From NCBI GenBank assembly GCA_963719495.1, contig CAVRCI010000009.1:1-64000 (forward strand): a stretch of 64,000 bases of DNA, read 5' to 3'. The notes under the pieces are model-generated. The model worked only from the letters and a program-made list of their open reading frames with translations, ran no database searches and was not told the DNA's origin. Both the position numbers and the translations under genes were made by a program. This document shows positions 1 to 9,472 of the stretch, piece after piece; positions within the stretch are counted from its first letter, which is position 1, and the number at the start of each line of letters is the position of its first letter. Source of the DNA: an uncultured Verrucomicrobiae bacterium (GTDB lineage Bacteria; Verrucomicrobiota; Verrucomicrobiia; Chthoniobacterales; JAATET01).

Positions 1-317
1 ATTTTAAGTCCGTTGCGTCTGCCATTTCGCCACGCCGACGCGGGCCCTCGATCAATCCGATCGACTCCGGGTCTTTGATACCGGCAATACCCCCGGCGTC
101 CAATCCGTCTATTGCCCAGCCGACGTCTCGCCGGTCGCATTTCTCCGAAATTTTACGGATCGATCCGGCCATCCGACCCGCCTCGCTCGATTCACCATTT
201 GGCCATTCTCTGAGCCGCGGCGGGCCGCGCAGATTCACTCCATTTCGAGAGTTTTCCGCTGCATCCATCGAAATCACCGGGCCGTAATCACCCTTGCCTT
301 CAGAGGGCAGTTTTCCG

Positions 318-1190
318 ATGTCCCACTCTCTCCTCGCGACCCAGCCGCCTCCCGATTCCGTTCCGGCACCGCCGACCGCGACCCCGCCCCGTCCGGTCAC
401 TCCGCACGCGATCATCGCCCGCGCCCTGGCCGACCTCGTCGTCCTGGCCGAAGCCGAGCCTTCGCTCGGCGATGAATTCCGCCGCCAACTCGATCGAGTT
501 TCGAAGTTGGCCAACGGCCTCGAAGATTATCTGGCAGCCAGCACCACCGAAGAATCCGGCGACCTTGCCGTCCTCGCCGACCGAACCCGCCGCGCCGATT
601 GGGACCAGCTTTTCGCCGACGGCCACACGGGCGCACACCTCGAACAGGAGATGCTCTCCGGCCACATCGAAGGCGCATTCCTCAAGACGCTCATCCGGGC
701 AACGCGGGCCACTCGCGTCCTCGAGATTGGCCTCTTCACCGGCTACTCCGCCCTCGCGATCGCCGAAGCCCTCCCCGACGACGGACGCCTTGTCGCGTGC
801 GAGATCGATCCATTCGTCGCAGGCTTCGCCCGGGAATCGTTCGACACCGCCAAGCACGGGCACAAGATCCGCGTCGATCTCGGACCCGCCGACGTGACCG
901 TCCGTGCCCTCGCCGCAGCGGGCGAGACTTTCGATTTCGTCTTCATCGACGCCAACAAGGACGGCTACCTCGGCTACCTCGACCTGCTGATCGAAGGAGC
1001 GCTGCTGGAACCTGGCGGCCTGATCTGCGTCGACAATACCCTCCTGCAGGGCCAGCCCTACCTCGAGTCGGAATCGACCCCCAACGGCCGAGCCATCGCG
1101 GCTTTCAACGCAGCCCTGGCCAGGGATTCCCGCTTCACCCAGGTCCTCCTTCCCATCCGGGATGGCGTCACCCTCATTCAGCGCGCCTAG
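318..1190 (+). CDS. mysB: SAM-dependent O-methyltransferase of MAA biosynthesis (4-deoxygadusol forming)
   Basis: EMLSGHIEG, VLEIGLFTGYSAL, FVFIDANK and VDNTL motifs of CCoAOMT-like methyltransferases; first gene of the cluster; ATG at 318 preferred over TTG at 294. Confidence 0.9.
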   Translation: MSHSLLATQPPPDSVPAPPTATPPRPVTPHAIIARALADLVVLAEAEPSLGDEFRRQLDRVSKLANGLEDYLAASTTEESGDLAVLADRTRRADWDQLFADGHTGAHLEQEMLSGHIEGAFLKTLIRATRATRVLEIGLFTGYSALAIAEALPDDGRLVACEIDPFVAGFARESFDTAKHGHKIRVDLGPADVTVRALAAAGETFDFVFIDANKDGYLGYLDLLIEGALLEPGGLICVDNTLLQGQPYLESESTPNGRAIAAFNAALARDSRFTQVLLPIRDGVTLIQRA

Positions 1191-2550
1191 GTTCTTCAAC
1201 CGGTCGACTTCGAACCCATCCTCAGTGCTAGCCATCATCAAGAGCGCTCTCACCTTTCTGCTCCTGCTGTTGGTCCTCCCGATCAACGCGGCGGTCGTCG
1301 GCGTCGCGCTACTGGCCGGGCTTTGGAAAAAACGGGGCGCCAAGCCGACTCGAACCAATCGCAAAACGATCCTCGTCAGCGGCGGCAAGATGACGAAGGC
1401 GTTGCAACTGGCCCGCTCGTTCTCAGCCGCCGGCCACCGCGTCATTTTGATCGAAGCGCACAAGTATTGGCTGGTCGGGCACCGCTACTCGAATGCCGTC
1501 GACCGCTTTCACACCGTCCCGACTCCCGGGCAGCCCGGCTACGCCGAAGCGTTGCTGGAGATTGTGAAACGTGAATCGGTGGACGTCTACGTCCCCGTCT
1601 GCAGCCCGGCGGCGAGTGTCCACGACTCCCTCGCGATCCCGACCCTCGCCGAACACTGCGAAATTCTCCACGCGCCGCCCGACCAGATCGAACTCCTCGA
1701 CGACAAGTATCAGTTCGCCAAAGCCGCGGAATCCCTCGGCCTCCTCGCACCGAAGTCGTTTCGCATCACCGATCCGGAGCAAGTGGCGAACTTCGATTTC
1801 ACCAACGAAACGCGCCCCTACATCCTCAAGAGCATTCCCTACGATTCGGTGCGGCGGCTGGACCTCACCCGCCTCCCGGGCGCGACCCGCGAGGCAACCG
1901 CCGACTTTGCCCGGTCCCTGCCGATCTCGGAAACGACGCCCTGGATCCTGCAGGAATTCATTCCTGGCAGGGAATACTGCACGCACGGCACCATGCGGGA
2001 CGGCGAACTGCGCGTTCACTGCTGCTGCGAATCGTCCGCGTTTCAGATCAACTACGAGAACGTCGTCAAACCCGCAATCGAGGATTGGGTGCGACGTTTC
2101 ACCACCGGTCTAAAGCTCACGGGGCAGGCTTCGATGGACTTCATCGAAGCCGACGACGACGGCCGCATCTACGCCATCGAGTGCAACCCCCGCACGCACT
2201 CCGCGATCACGATGTATTACGATCATCCCGATCTCGCCGACGCCTACCTGGGCTCCGAGCCCCTCACCTCACCGCTCCAGCCCCTTCCGTCGAGCCGACC
2301 CACTTATTGGATCTATCACGAAATCCCGCGAGTCGTGTCGGACCTCGTCTCGTTCCGGTCTCCGCTAAGTCGCCTCGAGACCATCGCGCGAGGCCAGGAC
2401 GCCATCTTCGACTGGCGGGATCCACTGCCTTTCCTAATGGTTCACCATTGGCAAATCCCGCTCCTCCTCCTCCGGGACATCCGCGAGCGCCGCGGCTGGA
2501 TCAAGATCGACTTCAACATCGGCAAACTCGTTCAGATCGGAGGCGACTAA
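1162..2550 (+). CDS. mysC: ATP-grasp ligase, mycosporine-glycine synthase
   Basis: N-terminal hydrophobic segment, then SGGKMTKALQLARSF, LDDKYQF, YILKSIPYDSVRRLDL, ECNPRTHSA and C-terminal IDFNIGKLV; true start may be GTG at 1225. Confidence 0.92.
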   Translation: MASPSFSAPRFFNRSTSNPSSVLAIIKSALTFLLLLLVLPINAAVVGVALLAGLWKKRGAKPTRTNRKTILVSGGKMTKALQLARSFSAAGHRVILIEAHKYWLVGHRYSNAVDRFHTVPTPGQPGYAEALLEIVKRESVDVYVPVCSPAASVHDSLAIPTLAEHCEILHAPPDQIELLDDKYQFAKAAESLGLLAPKSFRITDPEQVANFDFTNETRPYILKSIPYDSVRRLDLTRLPGATREATADFARSLPISETTPWILQEFIPGREYCTHGTMRDGELRVHCCCESSAFQINYENVVKPAIEDWVRRFTTGLKLTGQASMDFIEADDDGRIYAIECNPRTHSAITMYYDHPDLADAYLGSEPLTSPLQPLPSSRPTYWIYHEIPRVVSDLVSFRSPLSRLETIARGQDAIFDWRDPLPFLMVHHWQIPLLLLRDIRERRGWIKIDFNIGKLVQIGGD

Positions 2551-2553
2551 GCG

Positions 2554-3591
2554 ATGATCCGCATTCTCCACCTCGTCGGCTCCCCGACTTCCAAGTTTCA
2601 CGTCGACCTCTCCGTCCTTTACGCAAAGGGCTGCATCGAAGCGCTGACGGATCCGGCCCGCTACGAATTCGTCATCGCCTACGTGACGCCGGATGGTCTC
2701 TGGCGCTTTCCGCAATCACTCGATCCCGCCGGAATCGACGAGGTGCCGACCCTTAGCTTTTCCGCCGCGATTGCCGAGATCACCTCGCGCAAAATCGACC
2801 TCGCGATCCCGCAAATGTTCTGCCTCGACGGGATGACGAATTATCGAGCGATTTTCGAGCTCCTCGACATTCCTTATCTGGGAAATCGACCGATGCAAAT
2901 GGCCCTGGCCGCCGACAAATCCAAAACGAAGGCGCTCGTCGCCAGCGCCGGCGTCGCGGTCCCGCGGGGCGAACTCCTGCGAGCGGGTGATCCACCGACC
3001 ATCGGCGCGCCCGCGGTCGTCAAACCCAACACCGCCGATAACTCCGAAGGCATCAGTCTCGTCCAGACTCCCGATCAATTCCCCGAGGCGCTGGCGGCCG
3101 CATTCCGGCATTCCGACAAAGTGCTCGTCGAGGAGTTCATTCCCCTCGGCCGCGAAGTCCGCTGCGGCCTCGTGGAGCGAGGCGATCAATTAGTCTGCCT
3201 GCCACTCGAGGAATACTCCGTCGACCCGGCCACCCGCCCGATTCGAGAATCCGCCCACAAGCTCGGCCGCATCTCCGATTCCGAGCTAACCCTAACCTCC
3301 AAGGACTCGACCGAATCCTGGATCGTCGAAGCCACCGACCCAATCGTCGAATCGGTTTGGAACGCCGCCCGGGCTTCTCACCTTGCCTTGGGGTGCCGCC
3401 ACTACAGCCTATTCGACTTCCGGATCGACCCGGACGGTCGACCCTGGCTACTCGAAGCCGGCCTCTACAACTCCTTCTCTCCCCAAAGCGTCGTCGTCAC
3501 CATGATGAATGCGCAGGGCGTGACCCTAAGCGATTTTTTCGCGGAATCCGTAAGCAAAGCAGTCGACGAATTCGAAAATCGCCCGAATTAA
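2554..3591 (+). CDS. mysD: D-Ala-D-Ala ligase-like MAA ligase (adds the second amino acid)
   Basis: LHLVGS...DLS.LYA, PQMFC, EEFIPLGREVRCG, CRHYSLFDFRIDP, EAGLY.SF; directly follows mysC. Confidence 0.9.
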   Translation: MIRILHLVGSPTSKFHVDLSVLYAKGCIEALTDPARYEFVIAYVTPDGLWRFPQSLDPAGIDEVPTLSFSAAIAEITSRKIDLAIPQMFCLDGMTNYRAIFELLDIPYLGNRPMQMALAADKSKTKALVASAGVAVPRGELLRAGDPPTIGAPAVVKPNTADNSEGISLVQTPDQFPEALAAAFRHSDKVLVEEFIPLGREVRCGLVERGDQLVCLPLEEYSVDPATRPIRESAHKLGRISDSELTLTSKDSTESWIVEATDPIVESVWNAARASHLALGCRHYSLFDFRIDPDGRPWLLEAGLYNSFSPQSVVVTMMNAQGVTLSDFFAESVSKAVDEFENRPN

Positions 3592-3646
3592 AGAGCCGGT
3601 CGCCAGCGCAGCCACGTAACCAACCTCACCAACCCAATTCATCACC

Positions 3647-4300
3647 ATGAAAGCCATCCTCTTTGGATCCATTGGATCTCTCGCCGACACCTCGGAACTT
3701 CAACGCCGCGCTTTCAACGAAGCGTTTCAGAAGCATCACCTCGCTTGGAATTGGGATCAGCCGACCTACGCTAAGCTATTGGCCAAAAGCGGGGGAGAGC
3801 GTCGCATTGCCGAGTACGCGGAATCGCGCAATGAAAGCGTCGACGCCGCCGCGGTTCACGAGGCAAAGTCCGCCCTCTTCCAAGGCTACCTCACCGAGGG
3901 ATGCGCGACCGCACGGCCCGGCGTCAAAGCTGTCATCCAAGCGGCGAAAGCGGACGGCGTCCGGCTGGGCTTCGTCACGACGACAGCTCGTGACAACGTG
4001 GATGGCATCGTCCGAGCCCTCGAAGGCTCGCTCGACGCGGATGACTTCGACCTCATCCTTTCCCGCTCGGACGTTCAGCGGGCAAAGCCCGCCGCCGACG
4101 TCTACGAATTGGCGCTGACCCACCTCTCGCTCGACGCTACCGATTGCGTCGCCATCGAGGACAACGTGGGCGGCGTCGCAGCGGCCGGGGCCGCTGGCAT
4201 CCGCTGCTTCGCATTCCCGAGCGAGAACAACGCCGACCACGACTTCTCGGCTGCGACCGCCACCATCGATCACCTCGATTACGCGCGGCTCAGCCGTTAG
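3647..4300 (+). CDS. HAD-superfamily (CbbY-like) protein with atypical motif I
   Basis: KAILFGSIGSLADTSELQRRAFN, KPAADVY, AIEDN..GV; canonical DxD of motif I absent. Confidence 0.85.
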   Translation: MKAILFGSIGSLADTSELQRRAFNEAFQKHHLAWNWDQPTYAKLLAKSGGERRIAEYAESRNESVDAAAVHEAKSALFQGYLTEGCATARPGVKAVIQAAKADGVRLGFVTTTARDNVDGIVRALEGSLDADDFDLILSRSDVQRAKPAADVYELALTHLSLDATDCVAIEDNVGGVAAAGAAGIRCFAFPSENNADHDFSAATATIDHLDYARLSR

Positions 4301-4317
4301 CTCCGCCAACCCGAAAG

Positions 4318-5118
4318 ATGAAGTTTTCTCCACTCGAACCGTTCGGAGCCGAGGTTCACGGTCTCGACATCCGATCCTTGGACGACTCGACGGTCGAGGC
4401 CCTCGAGCGGGGCCTCGGCGAAAATGGTTTTCTCGTTCTGCGCGAACAAGCCATCGAGGATTCCGACTTCGTCGCCTTCCTCGAGCGCCTCGGGCCGCTT
4501 ACTTTCACGACTGGAGAGACGCCCGTCGAAGGCGCGCCGATGCTGAATCTCGTCACGAACGTCGGACGGACCAAGCCGCCACGCAGCGTCTTTCACACCG
4601 ACACCAGCTACGTCCCCGAGCCTCCGTCCTACACGGCCCTCCGCGTCGTGGTGACTCCGGAATCCGGCGGCGAGACGCTCTTCAGCGATCAATACCGCGC
4701 CTACGAGTCCCTGCCCACCTCGTTCCGGAAGGCGATTGCCGCGACCAAAGTCCGGCACGCGGTAACGGGCCTGCAACTCGACGCCGATCAGCCCAGCGAG
4801 ACGTGGCATCCGCTCGTGCGTCGTCACCCCACGTCCGGTCGTGCGGCGCTCTTTCTCTCGACCCCCGAGCGCTGCGTCGAGCTTTCGGATTCCACTCCGG
4901 AAGAGAGCGCCCGGATCATCGACTTTCTTTTCCGACACTCGATCCGCCCATCGCGGCTCTACCGCCACCAATGGCGAACCGGCGACATTCTCGTCTGGGA
5001 TAACCGCTGCACGATGCACAGCGCCGACCACTCGAACTCCGTCGGCGACCGCGTCCTCCACCGCGGACTGGTGCTCGGAGAGGCCCCGATCCCGGCGCAT
5101 TTTTCCGAAGCTCCATGA
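4318..5118 (+). CDS. TauD/TfdA-family Fe(II)/2-oxoglutarate dioxygenase
   Basis: FHTDTSY (HxD), GGETLF, HPLVRRHP, GDILVWDNRCTMH, R.LHR; ATG at 4318; ATGA overlap with the next gene. Confidence 0.9.
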   Translation: MKFSPLEPFGAEVHGLDIRSLDDSTVEALERGLGENGFLVLREQAIEDSDFVAFLERLGPLTFTTGETPVEGAPMLNLVTNVGRTKPPRSVFHTDTSYVPEPPSYTALRVVVTPESGGETLFSDQYRAYESLPTSFRKAIAATKVRHAVTGLQLDADQPSETWHPLVRRHPTSGRAALFLSTPERCVELSDSTPEESARIIDFLFRHSIRPSRLYRHQWRTGDILVWDNRCTMHSADHSNSVGDRVLHRGLVLGEAPIPAHFSEAP

Positions 5119-6848
5119 ATACCGTCACCGCGATCACCTCATTCCTCGACGCCCCACGCGCCGATACCTCCGAATCCCACGATTGCGCCGTGCGCGTCGG
5201 CGCATTTTTGTCCGATGGTCACTTCAAATCTCTGGTCCTGGCTTTGTCGGAATCCCCCGCGTTTTCCGGCGACTTGGGACGGGAATTCCGTGACGCGAAT
5301 GCGACGCCGGGCCTGTTCGCCTGCCGAAGGCTGCGGGGCGTTCTCAATCTCTCGCTCGGCAGCGCGTTCGCTTTGCTGGCGGAGCTTTTCGAAGCGTTCG
5401 AGGCCCCGGAGAACCACGCCCACGTCAAAAGCTGGCGCCGGCTCTCCGACGAGGTGCAAGGTTCCCCCGACCTCCGCACCATCAAGGTTCTGGACTTTCT
5501 CACCAAGCGTCTGGACGACGCGGCGATCAGCGACCACTACCGCCGCCTGTCGGAGCGCCTGATTCGGGAAAACCCGCACGCGATCTACCAGACGTCCAGC
5601 TACCGCGAGTCAGCCGGTGAGAGTGTCAGCTCGGACGATGGAAAAATCGTCGACGCCGTCATGAGCCAGCAGACGTTCGCCTCGTTTCGGGTCGTCGACC
5701 ATTCGCTCGAGCCCGGTCAGATCATCCTCCGAGACATCTTCCAGCCGCTCGGCCGCTGCATCTGCCTCGTCGACCAGAACGTCGAGCAGCACTACGGCCC
5801 GCGGATCGAGGCCTACTTCGCCCACCACCACATCGAACTCCACAAGCTCGTCTACCGCGCCATGGAGGTCGACAAGGGCATCGGGACGGTGGAGAAAATC
5901 CTCGGCGATTTCCGTTCGCTCGGCGTCTCCCGCAACGAGCCGCCGCTCATCGTCGGCGGCGGCGTCCTCGCGGACACGAGCGGCTTGGCCTGCGCGCTCT
6001 ACCATCGCAACACCCCCTACGTCATGCTTTCGACGTCCATCGTCTCCGGCATCGACGCGGGTCCGTCTCCCCGGACGTGCTGCGACGGATTCGGTTACAA
6101 AAATCTCCTCGGTGCCTACCACCCACCCATTCTCTCGATCACCGACCGCTACTTTTTCAAATCGCTGCGCGAGGGTTGGCTTCGCCACGGGATCGCCGAG
6201 ATCATCAAGATGGCCGTCGTCAAAAACGTGGAACTCTTCGAAGATCTGGAGGCCGCCGGGACCCGCGTCATCGACACCCGCTTCGGCACCATCGATTGCG
6301 AGCCGGGGGACGAAATTAGCGAGCTGTCGCGAAAAATTCTCGCCGGTGCGCTGCGATCCTACATCGAAGCCGAATACGAGAACGCCTACGAAACCCACCA
6401 ATGCCGCCCGCACGCCTACGGGCACACCTGGTCACCGGGGTTCGAGATTCAGGCGGGCCTTCTGCACGGCCACGCCGTCGCCATCGGCATGGGGTTCGGG
6501 GCGTTCGTGAGTCACCGCGTCGGCTGGATCACGGACGAGGCGATGACCCGAATCCTGCGCCTCATCAGCGGATTTGGCCTCAGCCTCTGGCACGACATCC
6601 TTCGCGACCGCGACGTGATGTGGCAGAGCCAGCGCAAGATCGTCCAGAAGCGCGGCCAAAATCTCGTGGCTCCGCTCCCCAGGGGCGGGATTGGCCAGTG
6701 CGGCTACCTGAACGAAATGACCGAAGACGATCTCTACGCCGCGCTCGCCGATTACGAAACAATGTGTGCGACGTTTCCAGGGGAGGGCCGCGGCATCGAA
6801 CCACTCTGCAAGGACGTTGGGCTGGAGGATCCTTCGACGGTCGGGTAG
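5115..6848 (+). CDS. mysA: Sedoheptulose 7-phosphate cyclase (demethyl-4-deoxygadusol synthase) with ~170 aa N-terminal extension
   Basis: DHQS-like fold motifs VGGGVLAD, GIDAG, GIAEIIKMA, AYGHTWSP, LLHGHAV; co-located with mysBCD. Confidence 0.88.
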   Translation: MNTVTAITSFLDAPRADTSESHDCAVRVGAFLSDGHFKSLVLALSESPAFSGDLGREFRDANATPGLFACRRLRGVLNLSLGSAFALLAELFEAFEAPENHAHVKSWRRLSDEVQGSPDLRTIKVLDFLTKRLDDAAISDHYRRLSERLIRENPHAIYQTSSYRESAGESVSSDDGKIVDAVMSQQTFASFRVVDHSLEPGQIILRDIFQPLGRCICLVDQNVEQHYGPRIEAYFAHHHIELHKLVYRAMEVDKGIGTVEKILGDFRSLGVSRNEPPLIVGGGVLADTSGLACALYHRNTPYVMLSTSIVSGIDAGPSPRTCCDGFGYKNLLGAYHPPILSITDRYFFKSLREGWLRHGIAEIIKMAVVKNVELFEDLEAAGTRVIDTRFGTIDCEPGDEISELSRKILAGALRSYIEAEYENAYETHQCRPHAYGHTWSPGFEIQAGLLHGHAVAIGMGFGAFVSHRVGWITDEAMTRILRLISGFGLSLWHDILRDRDVMWQSQRKIVQKRGQNLVAPLPRGGIGQCGYLNEMTEDDLYAALADYETMCATFPGEGRGIEPLCKDVGLEDPSTVG

Positions 6849-6911
6849 GCCCACCGCCGAAATCCGGTCGCACGCTCCCGCTCGCTCTGCTAAGAAGGTC
6901 CCCAACTCAAG

Positions 6912-8282
6912 ATGTTCGAGATCAAAGCCCGGGAAAAAATGGTGGAGCGCGCCCTGCTTGTCGGCTGCTTCGTGGATTCATCCGGCCGCGAGGAGGCCGA
7001 GGATCTGCTCGCCGAGCTCGAAGAACTCGTCCGCACCCTCGGCATCCCCGTCGTCGACCGGATGTGCGTCCACCACCGCGAGTCGCACGCCCGCTACCTG
7101 GTCGGAACCGGCAAGGCCGACGAAATCCACCGCCGCCTCGAAGCCTGCGACGGCGACGTGATTATTTTCGACAACGAGCTCACGCCCGCGCAGCAGCGGA
7201 ATTGGGAGGAGCTTTCCAAGGTCACCGTCGCGGACCGGCAGGAGATCATCCTCGATATCTTCGGAGCCCGCGCCCAGACCCGCGAGGCCCGCATCCAGGT
7301 CGATCTCGCCCGCCTGCAATACTCGCTCCCGCGACTGACCCGCGCCTGGAGTCACCTCGGTCAGCAGGGCGGCGGCATCGGCTCGAAGGGCGAAGGCGAA
7401 AGCCAGCTCGAGCAGGACAAACGCGCCATCGGCGACTCCATCGCCCGCCTCAAACGCGAGTTGAAGACCGTCCGGAGTTCCCGCGCCACCCAGCGCAAGG
7501 ACCGCAAACGCACCCCCGTGCCGAACGCCGCCATCGTCGGCTACACGAACGCCGGCAAATCCTCCCTCCTCCGCCGCCTCACCGGCGCGGAAGTCCTCGT
7601 CGAAAACAAACTCTTCGCGACCCTCGACACCACGACCCGCAAGGTCGAACTGCCCAACAACCGACCGCTCCTCCTCACGGACACGGTCGGCTTCGTTCGC
7701 AAACTCCCCCACCAGCTCGTCGAATCCTTCAACGCCACGATCGAGGAAGCGACGCTCTCCGACTTCCTCGTCCACGTCCTCGACGCCTCGCACCCGAAGG
7801 TCATGGAGTTCTACAACACGACGATGAAAGTCCTCGGCGACTTGAGTGACGAAAACCAACCGATGATCGTCGTCTTCAACAAGATGGATCGGGTGACCGA
7901 TCCCGCGACCCGTAACGTCCTGCGCCGCCATTTCCCCGAAGCCATTTTCATCTCCGTCCACACCGGCGAAGGCATCGACGAACTCACCGACCGCCTGGCT
8001 GGTCTGCTCGCGTCCGAAACGGTCGACGTCGAACTCCAGATCCCTGCCGCCCAGGGCGACCTCGTCGCCCGGCTCTACCGCGAAGGCAGTGTCCACCGGA
8101 TCGACTACGTCGGCGACACGGTCGAAATCTCGGCCACCATCTCCGAACGCGCGCTGAACTCCTACGCACCCTTCGTCCACGTCCGGGAATCCAACGAAGG
8201 CCCGGCAACGCTGCCGGCACAGGCCGCGGAGGCTGGTTCTGGCGACGGGAATCCAGCGAACGCGCCCATTTCCAGAAACTGA
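6912..8282 (+). CDS. hflX: Ribosome-splitting GTPase HflX
   Basis: ILDIFGARAQTREA, GYTNAGKS, LFATLDTT, DTVGF, NKMD. Confidence 0.95.
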   Translation: MFEIKAREKMVERALLVGCFVDSSGREEAEDLLAELEELVRTLGIPVVDRMCVHHRESHARYLVGTGKADEIHRRLEACDGDVIIFDNELTPAQQRNWEELSKVTVADRQEIILDIFGARAQTREARIQVDLARLQYSLPRLTRAWSHLGQQGGGIGSKGEGESQLEQDKRAIGDSIARLKRELKTVRSSRATQRKDRKRTPVPNAAIVGYTNAGKSSLLRRLTGAEVLVENKLFATLDTTTRKVELPNNRPLLLTDTVGFVRKLPHQLVESFNATIEEATLSDFLVHVLDASHPKVMEFYNTTMKVLGDLSDENQPMIVVFNKMDRVTDPATRNVLRRHFPEAIFISVHTGEGIDELTDRLAGLLASETVDVELQIPAAQGDLVARLYREGSVHRIDYVGDTVEISATISERALNSYAPFVHVRESNEGPATLPAQAAEAGSGDGNPANAPISRN

Positions 8283-8284
8283 GT

Positions 8285-9472
8285 TCACGCGGTCGAGCCA
8301 GGTGAGTCCAGTGCGTGTCGCAATCCGCGGACGTCCGCCTCGGAGTGGCCCGCGCTGAAGGTCACCCGCAACCTCGCCGCGCCCCGCGCCACCGTCGGAT
8401 ACCGCACCGCCGGCACCCAGAAACCCGCCGCAAACAGACGCTCGCTCGCGGCCACCGCCGCCCGCTCGTCCCCGATCATCACCGGCACGATCGCGCTCGC
8501 CGCCGCTCCATCGAAATTCCGCACGTTCGTCCACAGCCGCTCCCGCTCAACCTCCAAGTCCCCCCCGTCGAGCAAACGCACCGCCTCCCCCGCCGCCGCC
8601 GCCACGACCGGGGACGGAGCCGTCGAGAAAACAAAACTCCGCGCCCGGTTCACCAGAAAGTCCACCAAGGCCCGGCTCCCCGCCACGTAACCCCCCGCCG
8701 CCCCCAGCGCCTTCCCGAGCGTCCCCATCCGCACCTCGATGCGGTCCGCGACGCCCGCCGCGTCCGCCAACCCTCGCCCCCGCTCCCCGAAAACGCCCAC
8801 CCCGTGCGCCTCGTCGACCACCAGCCACGCCCCGAACCGATCCTTCAATTCGACGATCTCCCGCAGCGGCGCGGTGTCCCCGTCCATGCTGAACACGCTC
8901 TCCGTCAGCACCATCACCCTTGCCCCCGCCCGCTTCTCCCGCGCCCACCGCAAATGGCTTTCCAGTTTTCCCAAGTCGTTGTGGTGAAAAATCCGTAAAG
9001 TCGCCCCACTCATCCGAGCCGCGTCCACCAGACAAGCGTGGCAAAGCTTGTCCAAAATCAGCACGCCATCCGAGCCAGCCAAGGCCGTCACCACCCCCAA
9101 AGCCGTCGCGTAACCCGTCGAGAACGCCAGCGCCGCCTCCGTCCCCTTGAATCCCGCCAACCGCTCCTCCAGCACCGCGTGCGGCCGCAACGTCCCACTG
9201 ATCAACCGCGAAGCCCCCGCCCCCACCCCAAACTCATCGACCGCCGCCAAAGCCGCCTCCCGCAACCGCGCATCCGCCGCCAGTCCGAGGTAATCGTTCG
9301 ACGAAAAATTAACGAGTTCCCGCCCGCCAACCCGAACCACCCGCTCCTGCGGCGAATCCACCACCCGCAAAGTCCGCCGCAACCCCGCGGCCTCGATCTC
9401 CGCCAGCTGGGAAACCAACCAACCATCAAACCCACTCACGCCCCCACCCGCATCCCACCAATCACCATTCAC
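8285..9472 (-). CDS. bioF: 8-amino-7-oxononanoate synthase
   Basis: NFSSNDYLGL, ESVFSMDGD, DEAHG, GTLGKALG, RYPTV; start uncertain. Confidence 0.9.
   Translation of the reverse strand: MNGDWWDAGGGVSGFDGWLVSQLAEIEAAGLRRTLRVVDSPQERVVRVGGRELVNFSSNDYLGLAADARLREAALAAVDEFGVGAGASRLISGTLRPHAVLEERLAGFKGTEAALAFSTGYATALGVVTALAGSDGVLILDKLCHACLVDAARMSGATLRIFHHNDLGKLESHLRWAREKRAGARVMVLTESVFSMDGDTAPLREIVELKDRFGAWLVVDEAHGVGVFGERGRGLADAAGVADRIEVRMGTLGKALGAAGGYVAGSRALVDFLVNRARSFVFSTAPSPVVAAAAGEAVRLLDGGDLEVERERLWTNVRNFDGAAASAIVPVMIGDERAAVAASERLFAAGFWVPAVRYPTVARGAARLRVTFSAGHSEADVRGLRHALDSPGSTA

Noticed and set aside
2554..3591. Cell-wall D-Ala-D-Ala ligase or vancomycin-resistance ligase
   Set aside because: Motifs and context match MysD; no mur or van genes nearby
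5115..6848. Shikimate-pathway aroB
   Set aside because: Has AYGHTWSP rather than the AroB-type NxGHT(F/I)GH motif and lies with mysBCD
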